Origin: Lytechinus pictus
Taxonomy: Eukaryota
Direction: 5' to 3'
DNA length: 64,000 nt
Assembly: GCF_037042905.1 (NCBI RefSeq)
Contig: NC_087252.1
Coordinates: 26,290,001 to 26,354,000 of the forward strand
This document shows positions 12,401 through 27,400 of the stretch, piece by piece; position 1 is the stretch's first letter, and the number at the start of each line of letters is the position of its first letter. The notes under the pieces were generated by a model. That model searched no databases. It was not told where the DNA came from and saw nothing but the letters and a program-made list of their open reading frames with translations. The translations under genes were made by a program, and so were the position numbers.

Positions 12401-15400
12401 AAAACACATAAAATTGAAACTTTTGAAATCAGTATTTTACATGAAACCATGATTTTTGGGGTACTAATTTACCGAAGTACCGAAGTGTGACGTCACTGTC
12501 ATGACCAAGAACCGGCTGGTTATAAACAGAGCTGCAGCTGACGGTCGTCTATACACATTTGTATTTGCAAAAATTACCATCATTCTGAGGTTGCAAGCAA
12601 TGAAATTCCGATAGCAGCCACTTTCTCCTATGAGAAACACGCTCCGGGTTCATTTGTTTAGAACCATGGCAACTGACGTCATCGCTTCGGTACTCTATAG
12701 CTGAATACAAATAATATTGATTGTAGGGTAAATACGATTAAGGCAGATGTTGATGGACGGAGCGAAAAAAAATGAAGTAAAAGAAAATTCCCATCCAGGA
12801 GCCCATTTTATCAAGATTAGCAATGGCATATTGTACAACGCCTACTTAGCTTGTTGTACGCGAGCAAATGGGAGGCTGAATGTCAAACATTCATACCTTT
12901 GCACACACGACGTACCATCCAAAACGTACCGTTGCATGGCTTTAGGATGTGACGTCACAATACGATACAATTTATTGTGCTCAGTAAAAATGAAGGTGCA
13001 ATATGCATATAGCCTGCTGGCTAAATGCGCAATGCTGCCCAAGGTCCGGTCATGTTCGCTTGTGGGATTTTGCTTTTCGCTTCAATAGATTTGCTCCCTT
13101 TTCAAAGATTGTTTTTTAATATTTTCGCTAGATTCTGAGGCATTGTACAACACCTTCAACGCCTCGTTGAATAGAGCATCTTTCGGTCTGTTTGGGGATG
13201 GCTTCGCTGTTGTGACTGTAGTAAAAATGAATACTCACATTGAACAGTGATGTTGATTTCTTTGAAGCTGGTACCAAGGAGACAGAGATACGACCCAGAA
13301 TCTACCGGTCTGATATTAGTCAGGACCAGGCGGACCGTGTTATCACTGATTGCCTCAGTGAAAAAAGTGGAATCTAGAAGTATGAAGAAGAGCAAAATGT
13401 GTTAGATAGAATTAGAACAAGAGGTGTTTCACAAAGATTTAAGATATAACTGTTACTTTGATGTGGACTTAAAGTCCTAGTTGCATGTAGTAAAATAGCA
13501 TTACCACATGGTCAAATCATGTTAAGAGGATGTGTGCAACTGTGCGTTAGTCAACAAGACTGTGCATGACAGATCATGTATGCATCAGCATTTAAGCAAA
13601 ACTCTAATTCACACTGTTTGTTTGTGAAACACCCCCCCCCAGATTTCAGTTGCAATTAAGTACATGTATTTATGTGTAATTTCCTTTTGGTATGTTTCCA
13701 CACTATTTCATGAGTATTAACACAGCTTACTATTAGTAATAGTTCTATTATTAAATGAAAAGAAATAGAGATATGTTCCAGACAGGATTAGCTTATGCAA
13801 GGAATCCACTGGGCTGTCGCCAGTTTGCACCAGTTCGCGCCATTGCAAAGCGGCTGTGGCTCTGGTGTCGCCATAAAGGTGCCTAGTGGCATGCAGTGGC
13901 TCATGGTGCCTCCCAACTGGGGCGTGATGACGCGCAACTTGGCACCTTTTTGGCGACACGAGGTGCCACAGCCAGTTTGCATTGGCACGAACTGGAGCAA
14001 ACTGGCGACACCCCAATGGATTCCTAGAATTAGAAAGAGAAGATCAAGATGGTGGATATGAAGAGAAGAAATTGGATAAGAATGATTAGATGATGAAAGA
14101 TGATCATGAAGAAGATGAAGGAGAAGAAAAAGAAGAAGATGATGAGGAAAGGGGAGAAAGGAAGAAGAAGGGGATGATGATGGAGAAGCTGATCAAGAGA
14201 TGACAATGGAAGAAGCAATGATGATGATCATGATGTTGATGTTGATGATGATGGAACAGAAAGTGACAAAGAATAAGAAGGCGACGAGAAAGATGATGAA
14301 GAAGAAGAGGAAGAACAAGGACAATACAAAAACAGAGAAGAAGATTAAGACAGAGAAGAATGAAATATGAAAATAAAAAAAACAAGAAGTTGTGGTTCTA
14401 CTTACTGGGTGACCTTCGTTGGATGGCAAACCCTTCAGGGTGAAGCCATACCGGTGTGACGTCGGCACCCTGAACCTGACAGAGGAAACTCAGATCACTA
14501 CCGATGGGTATCTCACCACTAGGTGTTGGTATGATGGTGATGGTATATTCCACTACCACTGAAAAAAGTGTTAATTATTGTGAATTATCATCTATGTTCA
14601 TTGACCTAGACATAAATATTCATCTTATTGCTCAGTATGTGGAGCGTTGTGGCCCAGAGGATTAGTCTCCAGACTTTGAAACAGAGGGTCGTGGGTTAAA
14701 TCCCAGCCATGGCGTAATTTCCTTTGACAAGAAATTTATCCACATGGTGTTGCACTCGACCCAGGTGAGGTGAATGGGTATCCGGTAGGATTTATTCCTT
14801 GAACGCTTTAGCGCCTATTAATATGGCGTCTCAGCTATGACCGGGGGATTAATATGATACCAAGTATCAAAGCGCAGTTGAGTATATGCACATAGTAACT
14901 GCGCTATATAAATGGACATATTATTATTATATTATTATGTTTAATAATTTTGTCTCTCTGTTCCCATTCATTTTTTTACCTTCTGTTTTTTTTCCATGTC
15001 ACATAGTAAAATGGGATTGGTGTCTTATCAATCACATTCATTTTCATCAACCTATTCCCTACCGGAACAGGGTTGTCAGTGAACAAAGCCTATGCAATGT
15101 CCAGAATTCAGTAGTCAAAAGGTTAATACAATAATAACATACATTACAATAAAGTATAAGTAATTCCGGTAGAGTACCTTTAGTAGTGCACACTTAAGAA
15201 AATAAGTAGGAGAGATTAATATTTTAGATTATAAGAAATATGAAATGAATATACCTGGCTCTTCGCATCGTGGCCCCCTGAATCCAACAAGACATTGGCA
15301 TTCTCCACCCTCACAAGAGCCTCCATTCAGACAAGGATCCAGCAGGCAGTCTGGTACTGTGTACCAATAGAAAATATGTATCAATGGCAATATCAATGAT

Positions 15401-18400
15401 GAGAATAATAAATGCTATTTATTAGGCGCCATATCCATCTCGTAAGAGATGCTCAAGGAGCACAAGTGAAGGGGGGGGCAAACAAAAAAAAACATATAGA
15501 AAATCATTGTGAATAATTTGTTATAGAGGTAAGTTATTAGCTGAATCTTAAATGTTTCGACACACTTGCTATCTCGGATCTCTCATGGGAGGAAATTCCA
15601 TAGCGAGGGACCCGCATAGATGAATGCCCTTCCCCCCCCCCCCACCTTGTTTTACATTTTGGAACTGAAGCCTATATTGTGTGTAGGTGTTAATGAGAAC
15701 AGTGTTTTACAGTGGAGCAGAGCCATGAACTGAGTGATATACCAGCAAAGGAATTTTGAATTTGACAATGTAAAGGTTTAAGAACATGGGTGATATGGGT
15801 AAATTTGTTATGAAAGGTCACTATATGAGCACTATGAGAATAATAATAGCAAACAACAATGACAATTAATATCATAATCATGCTGCCTTGAAAATTCAAA
15901 TCACCTGTGTACTTGCTTTTTCTGGAGCATTGCAAGATGTTTGAAATCAATTCCAAGTCAATTTAAGTCAAACAATTGATCATACTTCTTGTAATCAATT
16001 ACAAATGTACTGTTGATCCCTGCTCTACTTCATGCTATAGAAAGCAATTATAAAATGGAAAGTGCTAGAATCAATTAATCGTTTTGAATTTGCAATATTT
16101 CTTTTCAACTTATGCAAAACAGTTTCTGGCAATACCCTTAGATGGAAACTTACGGACACATTCCACAGAATTACTTTACTTACAAGATTGAAGCCAGGCC
16201 AGAGATAGATTGCAAAAACGTCAATCGAGGGAACAGTATTATTAGAGTTTTATTATTATTATTATTTTTATTTTTTATTTTTTATTATTACTATTATTAT
16301 TATTGTCATCATCAATACTTTCATTCCTTATGATTATCATGATTTTGCTGATTATTGTATATCATTTTGAAACTATTGAAAAATAAATAAATAAATAAAC
16401 AATTGCTTTGTTTACCTGTAATGTAGAGGGTGTATGGAGCTGATTGCAAACCAACATTACAGAAGTAGCTTCCTTCATCAGTGGCCTGGACATTATTGAT
16501 GACAAGACGCATGGTGTTAGATGAGACCTGGTCAACATAGATCCGATCAGAGACTCCTGAAAAAGAAAAGTAAGACCAAATTGAAGAATGTGTAAGTCCT
16601 TACAAACAAACATTTCTCTGTTGTGTAATTGCTAGATTACAACAGACTACATGTAGTAATGAATTTGACAAGCATTGCTGCCATACAACTCCAACACACC
16701 TTGTGCTCACTTTCTTAACAACAATAAAATTTTAGTGGTTTTACACATCCTCACACTAAATTTGAAATAACACTCCATTCATAAGCATTGATTTTATTTA
16801 TGATAAAGAATAACATCAGGTGAAAGTAAAGCATCAGCTCTACTTGCAATTTCATTTCATTGCAAGTTTTGATAAAGTAATATTGATCTTAATCATTGAC
16901 CATAATGGGAAAAGTAAAATAAACAGTTATTAAATTTGAAAAGGGAATATTTTAACTAAAAAGTGAGTAATTTTTTAGGGTACTAGGGCCCACGGCAGGG
17001 AGTGTTGTCATCAAATAGGACATAAAGAATTCATTGTAACTTTTTGTAAATTTTTGCTAATCAAAGATGCATATTTGCGAACTTTATTTCATTTTCCCCA
17101 TCCCAGTTTAAACACAATTCTTTCTGAAAGGGGCATAATAGCTCTTAGACTCACCAGGTTGCTGCGGTAAGACCTGTTGCCCGTTTGGACCAGTCCAGAC
17201 TGGATAGTTGAGAAGATTTGAACCTTGGACTTCACACAAAACGGTTATGTTCAGACCCTCGTAGACAATGCCTTCGTAGTCTGATGTGATGACGATCTGG
17301 AACACATTCTCTGTAGTCACTACGAGACATATTCAAGTATATCAAAGTTCAATTTTTTGTACATTTCCATAAAACCTTTTTTACAAATTACACGTTAAAG
17401 CACATAGAAAATCATAGCAAATATAATGTATTTACAAAGGATAAACAAACATAGAGAATACATGTACAAAATACATTACGAAAATGTGGTGGGTTGAAAT
17501 AAGTCAGTCAAAAACTTAAAAGATTGACCCTATTGTAAATAAAATTATCATGAATAATAAAAAAAATATGTTCATTTATATAGCTCAGTTGAAATATTCA
17601 TTTACTCTACTGCACTTGATACCATATTATTACCCGAGCTGCAGTTGAGCCGCCATATAGGAGATAAAGTATTCCAGGAATAAATCCTTCCACAACCCAT
17701 TCACTTCACCTACATGTAGGTAAAGTACAGCACAATGTTGATTAATGCCTTGCCAATTGAAATTATTCTATAGCTGGGATTTGAACCCACATTCCTCTGT
17801 TTGAAAAGTCTTAAGTCTTATCCTGTTGGCCACAATGCTCCAAAAGTTTGAAACACAACAAACGAATTCATGAAATTAATTATAAATCATTTTATTATAA
17901 TTATTGATGTATGTTTTTTTTTAAATTGCAATTCAGCCTTTGGCAATAATGAAATGTTCTCAATAAACCATTTCAATGCAGCAATGTGCAATCATTCTTC
18001 ATGTACAGTCACACTAAAAGGTAATACTTACATTCTGTTTCACATAGTTCTCCAGTAAAGTCAAGAGGGCACAAGCAGCTGCCATCCTGACACTCTCCAC
18101 CATTCAAACATTCACCAGGACAGCCAGCTGCTCAAGAACAAAAATATATAGAAGAATTTCTCAACTTAATAATTATGTTCTTTCTATGTACTACTAGTGT
18201 GGGTCGTGTGATCTAGTTGTTAGAGCATTGGACCCATAACCGTAAGGTTGTGAGTTCGAATCCCCCCTCTTACCAAACAGTAATTTATATATGGTCAGCC
18301 ACTATGACTGATTAATTTAGACATAAAATGATTCACAGGTAATTGGTTATTTACCAGCTTAACATTATACCAGCAAAAAGCTGTACTGCCGAGTTCCTAC

Positions 18401-21400
18401 AGGAGTTACCATAACAGTACCAGAAGTTAGATTTACTAACAATTTTAAGATGACACTTGAAGTTAACTGCATTGAATTTGAATTGAAACATTAAAATATA
18501 CAATATCTATTTGCAGTTTTGATCTTAATTTCCATGCATTAGAGAAACACATGGATGTGATGTAGAAGCATGTATTGCAGCTCATAGTTTGTATGATGCA
18601 TAAAAAGTTCCCCAATACAAAATACAACTACTAATAATTCATCAAAAACTAAAGAATTTTATCTACTTTGATTTCAGCATACTTTTCCAAATTACACAGT
18701 CACTTTGCATGATTACCTATTGTGACTTTCCCCTGCATCATCAACTGAAACTTCTCAGGCAAAAGTTTGGACAGATAATAAATTTCAACAATTTGTATCC
18801 GTTTTCACAAAGTTGTCATAACTTTTTTTGTACAAAAAGAAAAAAATATATATACATCTATTTTGTCCAAAAATGTTAAAAGATAGGTTGGGAAGTTTGA
18901 ATAGGGTCACTCTCATAATGACAAACCAAGTTTATTGGGGTTTTCCCCTACTCATAATGATAATGATCAGCTTTTATATAAAAGTTCATGAAAATAATAG
19001 ACAATAGATTAAGAAGACATTTTAGTTAACCCGTTGACTACTGGCCCCGGTTGGTCCCTGTAGGAAGCCCAAGGGAATAACAGAATTTGGTAGTTAATGG
19101 GGTAATGCTAAGTTATATCAAATAAAGATGAATGAATCAGCAACTCACTGCTCTCTGGAGGAGGCCTCGGGTCTGGTCTTATACAGTCTGTATCAGGTAG
19201 GCTGGCACAGAGTTCCAGCATGTTCCTCGTCACGGTCATGCCGTAGACCGTCAACATCCGGCTCGCAAATGGGTGGCAGTGATTCTGTGCAATCTCGCAA
19301 ACGTCGGCACACATGACGTTAGCAACATCGCAGGGTTGGTAGAACAAGTAGCAGAGAGCAAAGGTCGCATTGGCAGAGCATTCTGGGAAACAATATTGGA
19401 CAAAATCTCTTAAATATGTCTTCAAGATGTATTAACAATATTTCTAAATGTACATGAGAGAAATTCAAGATATATTCAAACTTAAGTCAAAATCTACTTT
19501 TAAAAATCAAAGTCTGAGGGTTTTTTTCTGTGATTCTCACAAATTTCAAAGGGAAAATAATCACTAATCGCATTAAAATTATCAGCAATGCTATGGAGGT
19601 GCAAACAATTTTTTTTTTCATGCAAAATTGGCAACATTTCAAACTTCGATTTCAGATTTCTTAAACTGGCTGAACTTCCAGTACATAACCTTATAAAGAA
19701 AATAGCATCAATGAAAATAAAATTGCAGTGTTGCCAATTTGAGGATTAAAAAGGATGATAAAAATGAGGCTTCAAAGAATTCAAAATCTCAAATCGAATT
19801 TTCTGAAGCTTTATTTTTATCATCTTTCAATCCTCAACTTGGTAGTAAATTCAGATAACAGGGCCTCATAATACAGAGCTTAGTGCTTGATCAATGAGCT
19901 GAATTTTATACTTGATTGCATTGCAGCCAAGCGTATCAATGACCTGTACAATCAGTCACTAAATTTTGTGTTACAGGCTTAGGGCCCCATCTTACAAAGA
20001 GTTGCAATTGATTTTATCAACCGCAACTATGGACGGCCAGCAACATCAACATCTAACACGCAAATTTGTACTAAATATTTTCTAGATGTGATGTATATTC
20101 TTACATTCATCATTCTCTTGAAGATTCAGTGTGATTCTCTTTGTTTACTAAGGATTTTGAGCTCATTTTGATATGGATGGATTTCCATACAGTTGAGATT
20201 GATCGGATCAATCGTAACTCTTTGTAAGACAGGGCCTTGTACAATCAATCGCTAAATTTTGTGATACAGGCCCAATTCTTACCATCAAAATACAGAGTGA
20301 GTGACGAGATGATCAGGTGAGCAATCTCGGCATCCCTGGCGAATGTGTTGGGAAACGAGGCGTACCGATAAGGTAGAATATTACATATATCTGACTGGAT
20401 CAACGTGCAGGAGTTCGAACTGGGCGTGGCAGGTGGCGGGGTGACAGTGGGCGGGGCTGTCGTGATGACCAAGAGGGGCAAAGTTGCCCCCGTCAGAGGT
20501 GCAATGGTAGACGCTGTGGAAGGCAAAACATACTTTCAGTATATCGGAAAAGTTCCATATGTGTTTAATGTTGTATTATACACAATATCATAGATGGGTA
20601 CTTGAGAAAATTTGTGTTTTTTCCACAATCATGAAAATTTACCTGCTAGTATGGGTTCTTCATTCCAAAAGAAAAAAAAAACGCTGCATTTTTTTTTTAT
20701 TTCTCACACACACAGAAATTCTATTTATGATTTTTATCAATTATAATTCTAACAATGCTTCTTTATTCTTGTTTACCACATATCAAGTTATCATGTAATG
20801 TCTCTACATGTATCAAAATGACTTTAGATATAATTACCCTGGTTTGAGCTATTTACTATGCAAAGTAATATGTTATGCCAATTACTGTAATTAGAATCTG
20901 AGTGAGAAAGATTAGTTTGAAGAAGCGATCATTACAAACTATTTAAAAACATAAAATTCATTGACAATAACAGAGTTTTTCAAAATGTATGGTGCCAATA
21001 CAAGTACTACAGTGAAGAATAACAAATAACACATACATTTCTGATTTTTTTTATTTTAGTACAGTAGTAACCTATAAAGATATGACAAAATCTTCATTGG
21101 TTTTTACACACTCAAAATTGTTCTTAATCCCATACTATAGGTGGGCTTAATTTGCCATTTAGCCCCAGCTGTAGTTCGGGTTAAGCTTAGCCCACTTTCT
21201 TTTTACACAGCATTTTCGCAAATTGGGCTAACCCCACCTACAGTACAGGATTATTTTGCCCTGTAAAACAGCAGGTTTAGCCGAGCTATTGTGGTACTAA
21301 GAGTGATAGTCCATGTTAGCCACACTTACCTCCATTTGTGATTTCCAGACTAACGTTGACTTGGTTGATTATGCCTCCAAACTGGCAAGTATATATCCCT

Positions 21401-24400
21401 TGGAAACCTGGACCCATGCTTGGGATAGTGAGTCTTACGCCTTGGCCATAGAGTTCCTCTACGAACACAGAGTATCCAGATCCTAGATCACCTCGTACTT
21501 CAAAGACAGAAATTAAGATCTAGGAAATGATTCGGTATTGAGGAACACAGCTGTTCCTATGGTTTAAATTAAACTCTTTGGCACGTATTCTGAACCCGGG
21601 TTTAAATTAAACCCTGGTTTAAAGTTGTGGTTTAACTATGGAGAGCCAATTGGGGCACAAATCCCTTACAGTACACATTTAATTTATCAACTCATATGGC
21701 ACCCATGTTCGTAATTGTCTGGGCTGGAATGATAACTGAAGTATTTTTCTGTTATGAAAGCAAAATGAAACAAAATAGTAAACATAAGAAATATACAATA
21801 GAAACAGAATTTTTGGCTCCCCATAATTTTAGCACAGAGTTAGAACGTGGTCTAAGTTAAACCTGACTTCAGAATACGGGCCTTTTTGTTCCACAAATTG
21901 GCAACAATTTTTTTTCAAACTCAGTGACACAGTTTGAAATGATCATATTTGGATAAAATACAAGTAAAAAGAACAACATTTGCAATATTTTGTTTAAAAG
22001 ATTGCCAATTGTCGAAACATTGATTTCATGTCATTCATAATGTTGCCAATTTAGGGTATTTCTATAAAATTCAATTTCATATCACTGAATGTAAATTGAA
22101 TTAATTGAACTGTATATAAATTATTTTCATTGTATTCAATGAATTGAAATGAATGAAATTGATCTTAATTAACTTCAAAGTAATAAGACTTAATTAATCT
22201 AAATTAGATTAAGTCTAACTGAAATGAACAGAACAGAACTGAACTGAAATAAAATGAATTGTATTGGCTTTTATTGGATCGAATTGAATTTCATTGAAAT
22301 GAGCTGGTCCGACTACAGTAGATCCAAATAATAAACCTGAATTCATCAAACTAACCTTAACTTCATTCCATTCAATTCCATTTACCTTCATTGAACTGAA
22401 TTTGATTGAACTTAATTTCCTTTAATCAGCAGGGTCTAAGACATACCTAATGATATTGCAGGAACCACTGTCCCATCAGGGCCATACCAGATTGGTGAAG
22501 CGGATGGGTTAGCATCATAGATGCAGGTGAAAGACACAGTGTTGTCCCTCTCGATCACAGTCTGGCCAGGAATGATGATTACTAGGTTAGTAAGAGAGAG
22601 AGAGAGAGAGAAAGAGAAAGGGAATATTATAAAGCCCTGAGTATCTAGTAACACAGAAAACAAAACTAAATCACAGACTTCAGAGAATTTCACTGGAACC
22701 ATAAATTTTCAGGCCAGAAAAATTGAAATATGCATACGAAAAATGAAAATCATAGCAAAGCCAGTAAACAAATCCTCAGTAGAGATTCTGACGACCTTAC
22801 CTGTGTGCACTATTTAGCAGGTGTTAGTCAAGCTTTATCTGCATAGTGTAGTACAAGTATACATGTATAATGGAAACTCATATTTTTCACCCATTAAAAA
22901 ACGCTTTTTCATATATTTTGTATGTCATCAAAGAACAAGGACTTTCATGTTTAGGATACTGAAGAACATAGATTTTTAAATTTTAGAAAACAAAGAATCA
23001 TGAATGGGTAAAATGGGGGATAATCTCCAGGAAACATCTAATGGCATTAATAGTTCACAAAATTAGTAGGAAGGGGATGATTTTCGTTCACCCTTCGTGT
23101 ATGAATCATTTCCAAACGTTTATTTTATCACATTTCCAACTGAAATTGGTGGACAACTAGTCAGGAAATATAGCAATAATGATAGGATACAGAAAGACTA
23201 TTGCCCAAAGGGTTGTTGTAGACTGATTGTATTTCTACTTACAAGATACTTCGCAGGAGGGTCCACCGAATCCTTGAGCACATTCACAGATCCTGTTCAC
23301 ACATGTGCCTCCATTGCTGCAGGGTGTGAAGCATGCTAAGAAAAACAAAAACAGGTCAAGAGGAATAGTATAAAACAAGTTTGAGAATGTACATATAGCC
23401 CATAAAAGAGCACTTAAAAGAGTCAAAGGGAATAACATAAAACAGGAATTAGAATGTAGCCTGTCATCACATGCACTTACATGTAAGAGTCAATTTTGGA
23501 CTAACGTGCACCAGTGTGTAAAAAGAGGCAGGAAAAATAATGGCAAATACTTGTGCACTAAAATAACATATGCATAGTTCAAGGATGAGACTACCCAAAT
23601 TTTGATGGGCATACATGTCTAACATTTTGCTTGTGTTAGTAATGATGTTCTAATTCAATTCTGTAGCCTTTTACTTGCCTGCAATTCTTGAAAAGTTGTC
23701 GGGTTTATAACCATTGCTTTTCTTCAGATTTAAATTCATATTGCAGACTTGAGTTATAAAGCAAATAATGCACAGACTTTGGTTTGTGGAGCTGTAGGCA
23801 ATTCAGAACATTATGCAAAAAAGCATTTGATGCCTCTTTCAACATTTTCATACTCTCAGGTAGCCTGCATCACCTAACTCTCCCTCTCTCTCTTTCTTTC
23901 TATCTCTTTCTTTATTCTCTGTGCATTATGTCTCTACAACATTGACAAAATAATTGTTATTAATGAAAAATTTACTTGTACTGTGACACAAGTTTGTGAC
24001 TTACTTTCAAATTCGCATCTGATGCCTTCATACCCTTGCTGACATACGCAACGTCCTTGGTAGCAGACACCCTCATTCAGACAGGATGGGAAGCAGACTA
24101 TTTAAGAAAACAAATCAAATTTTATTTGATCAATCTACATCTTGTATAAATCCTGTGTTTTTAATATTGTATTAAAGCCATATTAAACATTAAAATTACT
24201 ATCATCAGCAGCATCATCATCTCACCATTAACATCATTATCTCAAAACCTCCAAAATCAAGATCATCATCATCGTTTCTACTATCATTGTCATCATCACT
24301 AACATCATCCATCATATCAATCATCATAACCATCACAATCATCACCTACATTGTCAATATCAACATCATCATTATCAACAATATTACCACGAACATCATC

Positions 24401-27400
24401 ACCATGATTGTCACCACCATTACCAACATCACCATCATTGACATCATCATCATCATAACTAGTATCACCAACATCATCATTAAATCATCAATATAATCAT
24501 TATCATCAACATCGTCTTCATCTTAATCACCACCAACATTTTACTATAAACTTGCATAGTAAAAACATGTATTTTTCCACCAAGTTTTATATACCGGTGT
24601 CTCGATGTGTCACATCCCTTTATACATACTTGGTATTTCACAGGCGAAGCCCACGTATCCATCCGGACAGACACAGAGCCCATTGATGCAACTTCCTCCG
24701 TTCAAGCAATCCTGGACACAGCTCATCTCTGGCTCTGCATGGTAAATATTAATCACATATCAGAGATTTGTAAGACGAAACTATAAGTGTTGTTCAGAGA
24801 CAAGTTGTCTTCATAAATGATAATAACATGCTATACACGTATATGTTCTTTTGGGACATATTTACTTTGTTTCATGCTGCATTAAAAAAAAACACTTGAT
24901 AACAAACAACAGGTACAGTATTGATAACACAACTGAAAGTTGGTTTGACTTTAGAATGGAAGAAGAGTATGTACTTGCAGCTATAAGTATTACAGATAAA
25001 AAGCAAAGAAATATTTTACCCCCTATTTTACATTTCATTTAATCACTTGATACTTTTCTTTAAATATTTCAAATAATTAACCATATTAAAGCCACTATTT
25101 ATACCAATTTTAACCAAAGTTTAGCTTTTCCTACTTGTGTGAATTTAGGACACCAATGATCACTTAATCAACCCAAATAGAAGGATATCCAACCTTAAGA
25201 GCCTTGATATATCTGGAAATAAAAGAGAAATTCTTACCTCCCATCTCACAGTAGTCGCCATGGTAACCATCAGGGCAAACGCACTGTCCAAAGATACAGG
25301 TACCACCACTAGCACATGGTATCAAACATTCTAAGGAATGTAACAACAAAAATATTTGATATTTGATAAGCTACTAAACCATGATTTGTTTTCAAATAGT
25401 GTATAAAACATATAAGATATAAGATTCTAATTGCTCTGTGGGCAAAACTTTTGCATGTCCTCAGTTTTAATCAGGCTTGCCAAGCTGTTTATAAATTATC
25501 ACTGTGTAATGCATTAAACTAAGAAGCAGAAATACTTACTTGTCTAGTTATTTAATAATCTAATTATCTGATAATCTAATTCAATTATTTATTCATTTCC
25601 TCAATTATTTTAAAAACAATTTAGTTATTTCAATATATACTTTTTTAACTATTTATTTATTCATATTTATTTATTGATTGAATATTTTGTTGGTAGATTG
25701 ACTGACTGATTGATCAATCGATCACTTGACTGAATCAAACTGAACTGACATAAACTTATCTTCACTTTGTTATCTTACAAAGAGTTGTGATAGATCTGAT
25801 CAGCCAGCAACGTCAACATCTAAAATGCATGTTTGTTCAAAATATTTTCTACATATGATGTACATGTATATTTATTCATCCATCGTTTTATTGAAAATTC
25901 AGTGTGCTTCTTTTTGTTTACAAAGGACATTTTCCTAATTTCCGGTAGAAAAAAATTATGACATTGATGGATTTCTATTTAGTTGGGAATGATTGGATCA
26001 ATTGCAACTTAACTGAACTGAATAGCATTGAATATACTTACGACCCACCAATCCACCGACTGGGACCTCGCAACGCTCTCCTCTAAAGTTTGCCGAACAC
26101 AAGCATTTGCCATTGAAGCACGTCCCACCATTCAAGCACTCCGGCCAACATTCAAGAGCTGTGATGAAGAATGAAAAATGTTTAAACATCTGTACAAAGA
26201 CCACTCAAGGAGGTTATTAAAGAAGTATCAATATGCACATGGTTTTTAGGACAATTTTCTTCATAACAATGAGAACTTCATTCAATGAAAACACAATCAA
26301 AGCTGTTAACTCTAACATTGCCATGGCCTTTTTTGTCCCAGGATTTTACAAAAACATGAAATTTTTCATCAGTTAACCCTTACATTTCCATAGAGTTGCC
26401 ATGATAATGAAGTAAGATCAGCACTGATGAAGTAAGATAAGCCTTAACACAAGTAGAAATATCTAACCATTGATGTATATAAAATCAACAGTTGCATTCC
26501 ATAGGGAAAGAGGACTCTTTTTTATTCTACAGTGAAACTTGTGTTTAATTCTAAAAAAACAACCCTAGGGCCATATTCTGAAGTCAGGTTAACTTAGACC
26601 ATGGTCTAACTCTGTACCATAATTACTGAAAGCCCAAAAAATGTCAAAGATTGCATTTAAATGCTATGTTCTTTCTGATCTTTTCCTCATGTTTTAATGA
26701 TGAAGAAAACTATTTCAGTTTAATCATTCAGAGTTTATGATTAATGATTTGAGTGTCAAATGAGCAGACAAATTAAACATGTTCTGTTAGAGATACCTGT
26801 GACAATTGCCTATTTATTAAACCACAACTTTAGACTAGAGTTTGAATTAAACCCGAGTTCAGAAAATGGGTCTAGGAGTTTACATGCCATGACTTACTCA
26901 GGAGGATAGAAGCAACCTCTCCGCCTACGCTGCAGTTGTAGTTGCCCGAGAGTTGTGGCTGAAAGTTAACCAGGGTAAGTCTGGACGCTGTGGCTGACAG
27001 TACCTCCACTGACGGGCCTTGCTGGACCATGGACCCTATGTTCACTGTATGAGAGAGAAGCATGAGAATTTCAGATTGAAGAAGACATCTTTTACAGATT
27101 TATAACTGTTAATGTACACTGTAAAAGTAATTGTCTGTCCAATGTATAGTATATAATCTTCCTTGGCAATAAGAGTGTTAATGACATCACTAAATAATAA
27201 GAATGACTTACGATAATGTTATATTTGCCATTATGGCTCATAGCCAATCACAATCAAAGTTTCCACTGAAGTCACCACAATGGCAAAATTACTGTAATAG
27301 TAAGTCTTTATGATACAGGCAATGTGACAGGGAGTGACATTATATTTCGTTGATCTGAGTAAATGCCATTATCAGGGGTGTGAGTGGTCACAAATTAAAA

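Noticed and set aside
11110..14468. Hydrophobic, membrane-like ORFs (11110, 11601, 14030-14468; also 24287 and 60470)
   Set aside because: Translations of simple-sequence tracts in introns.
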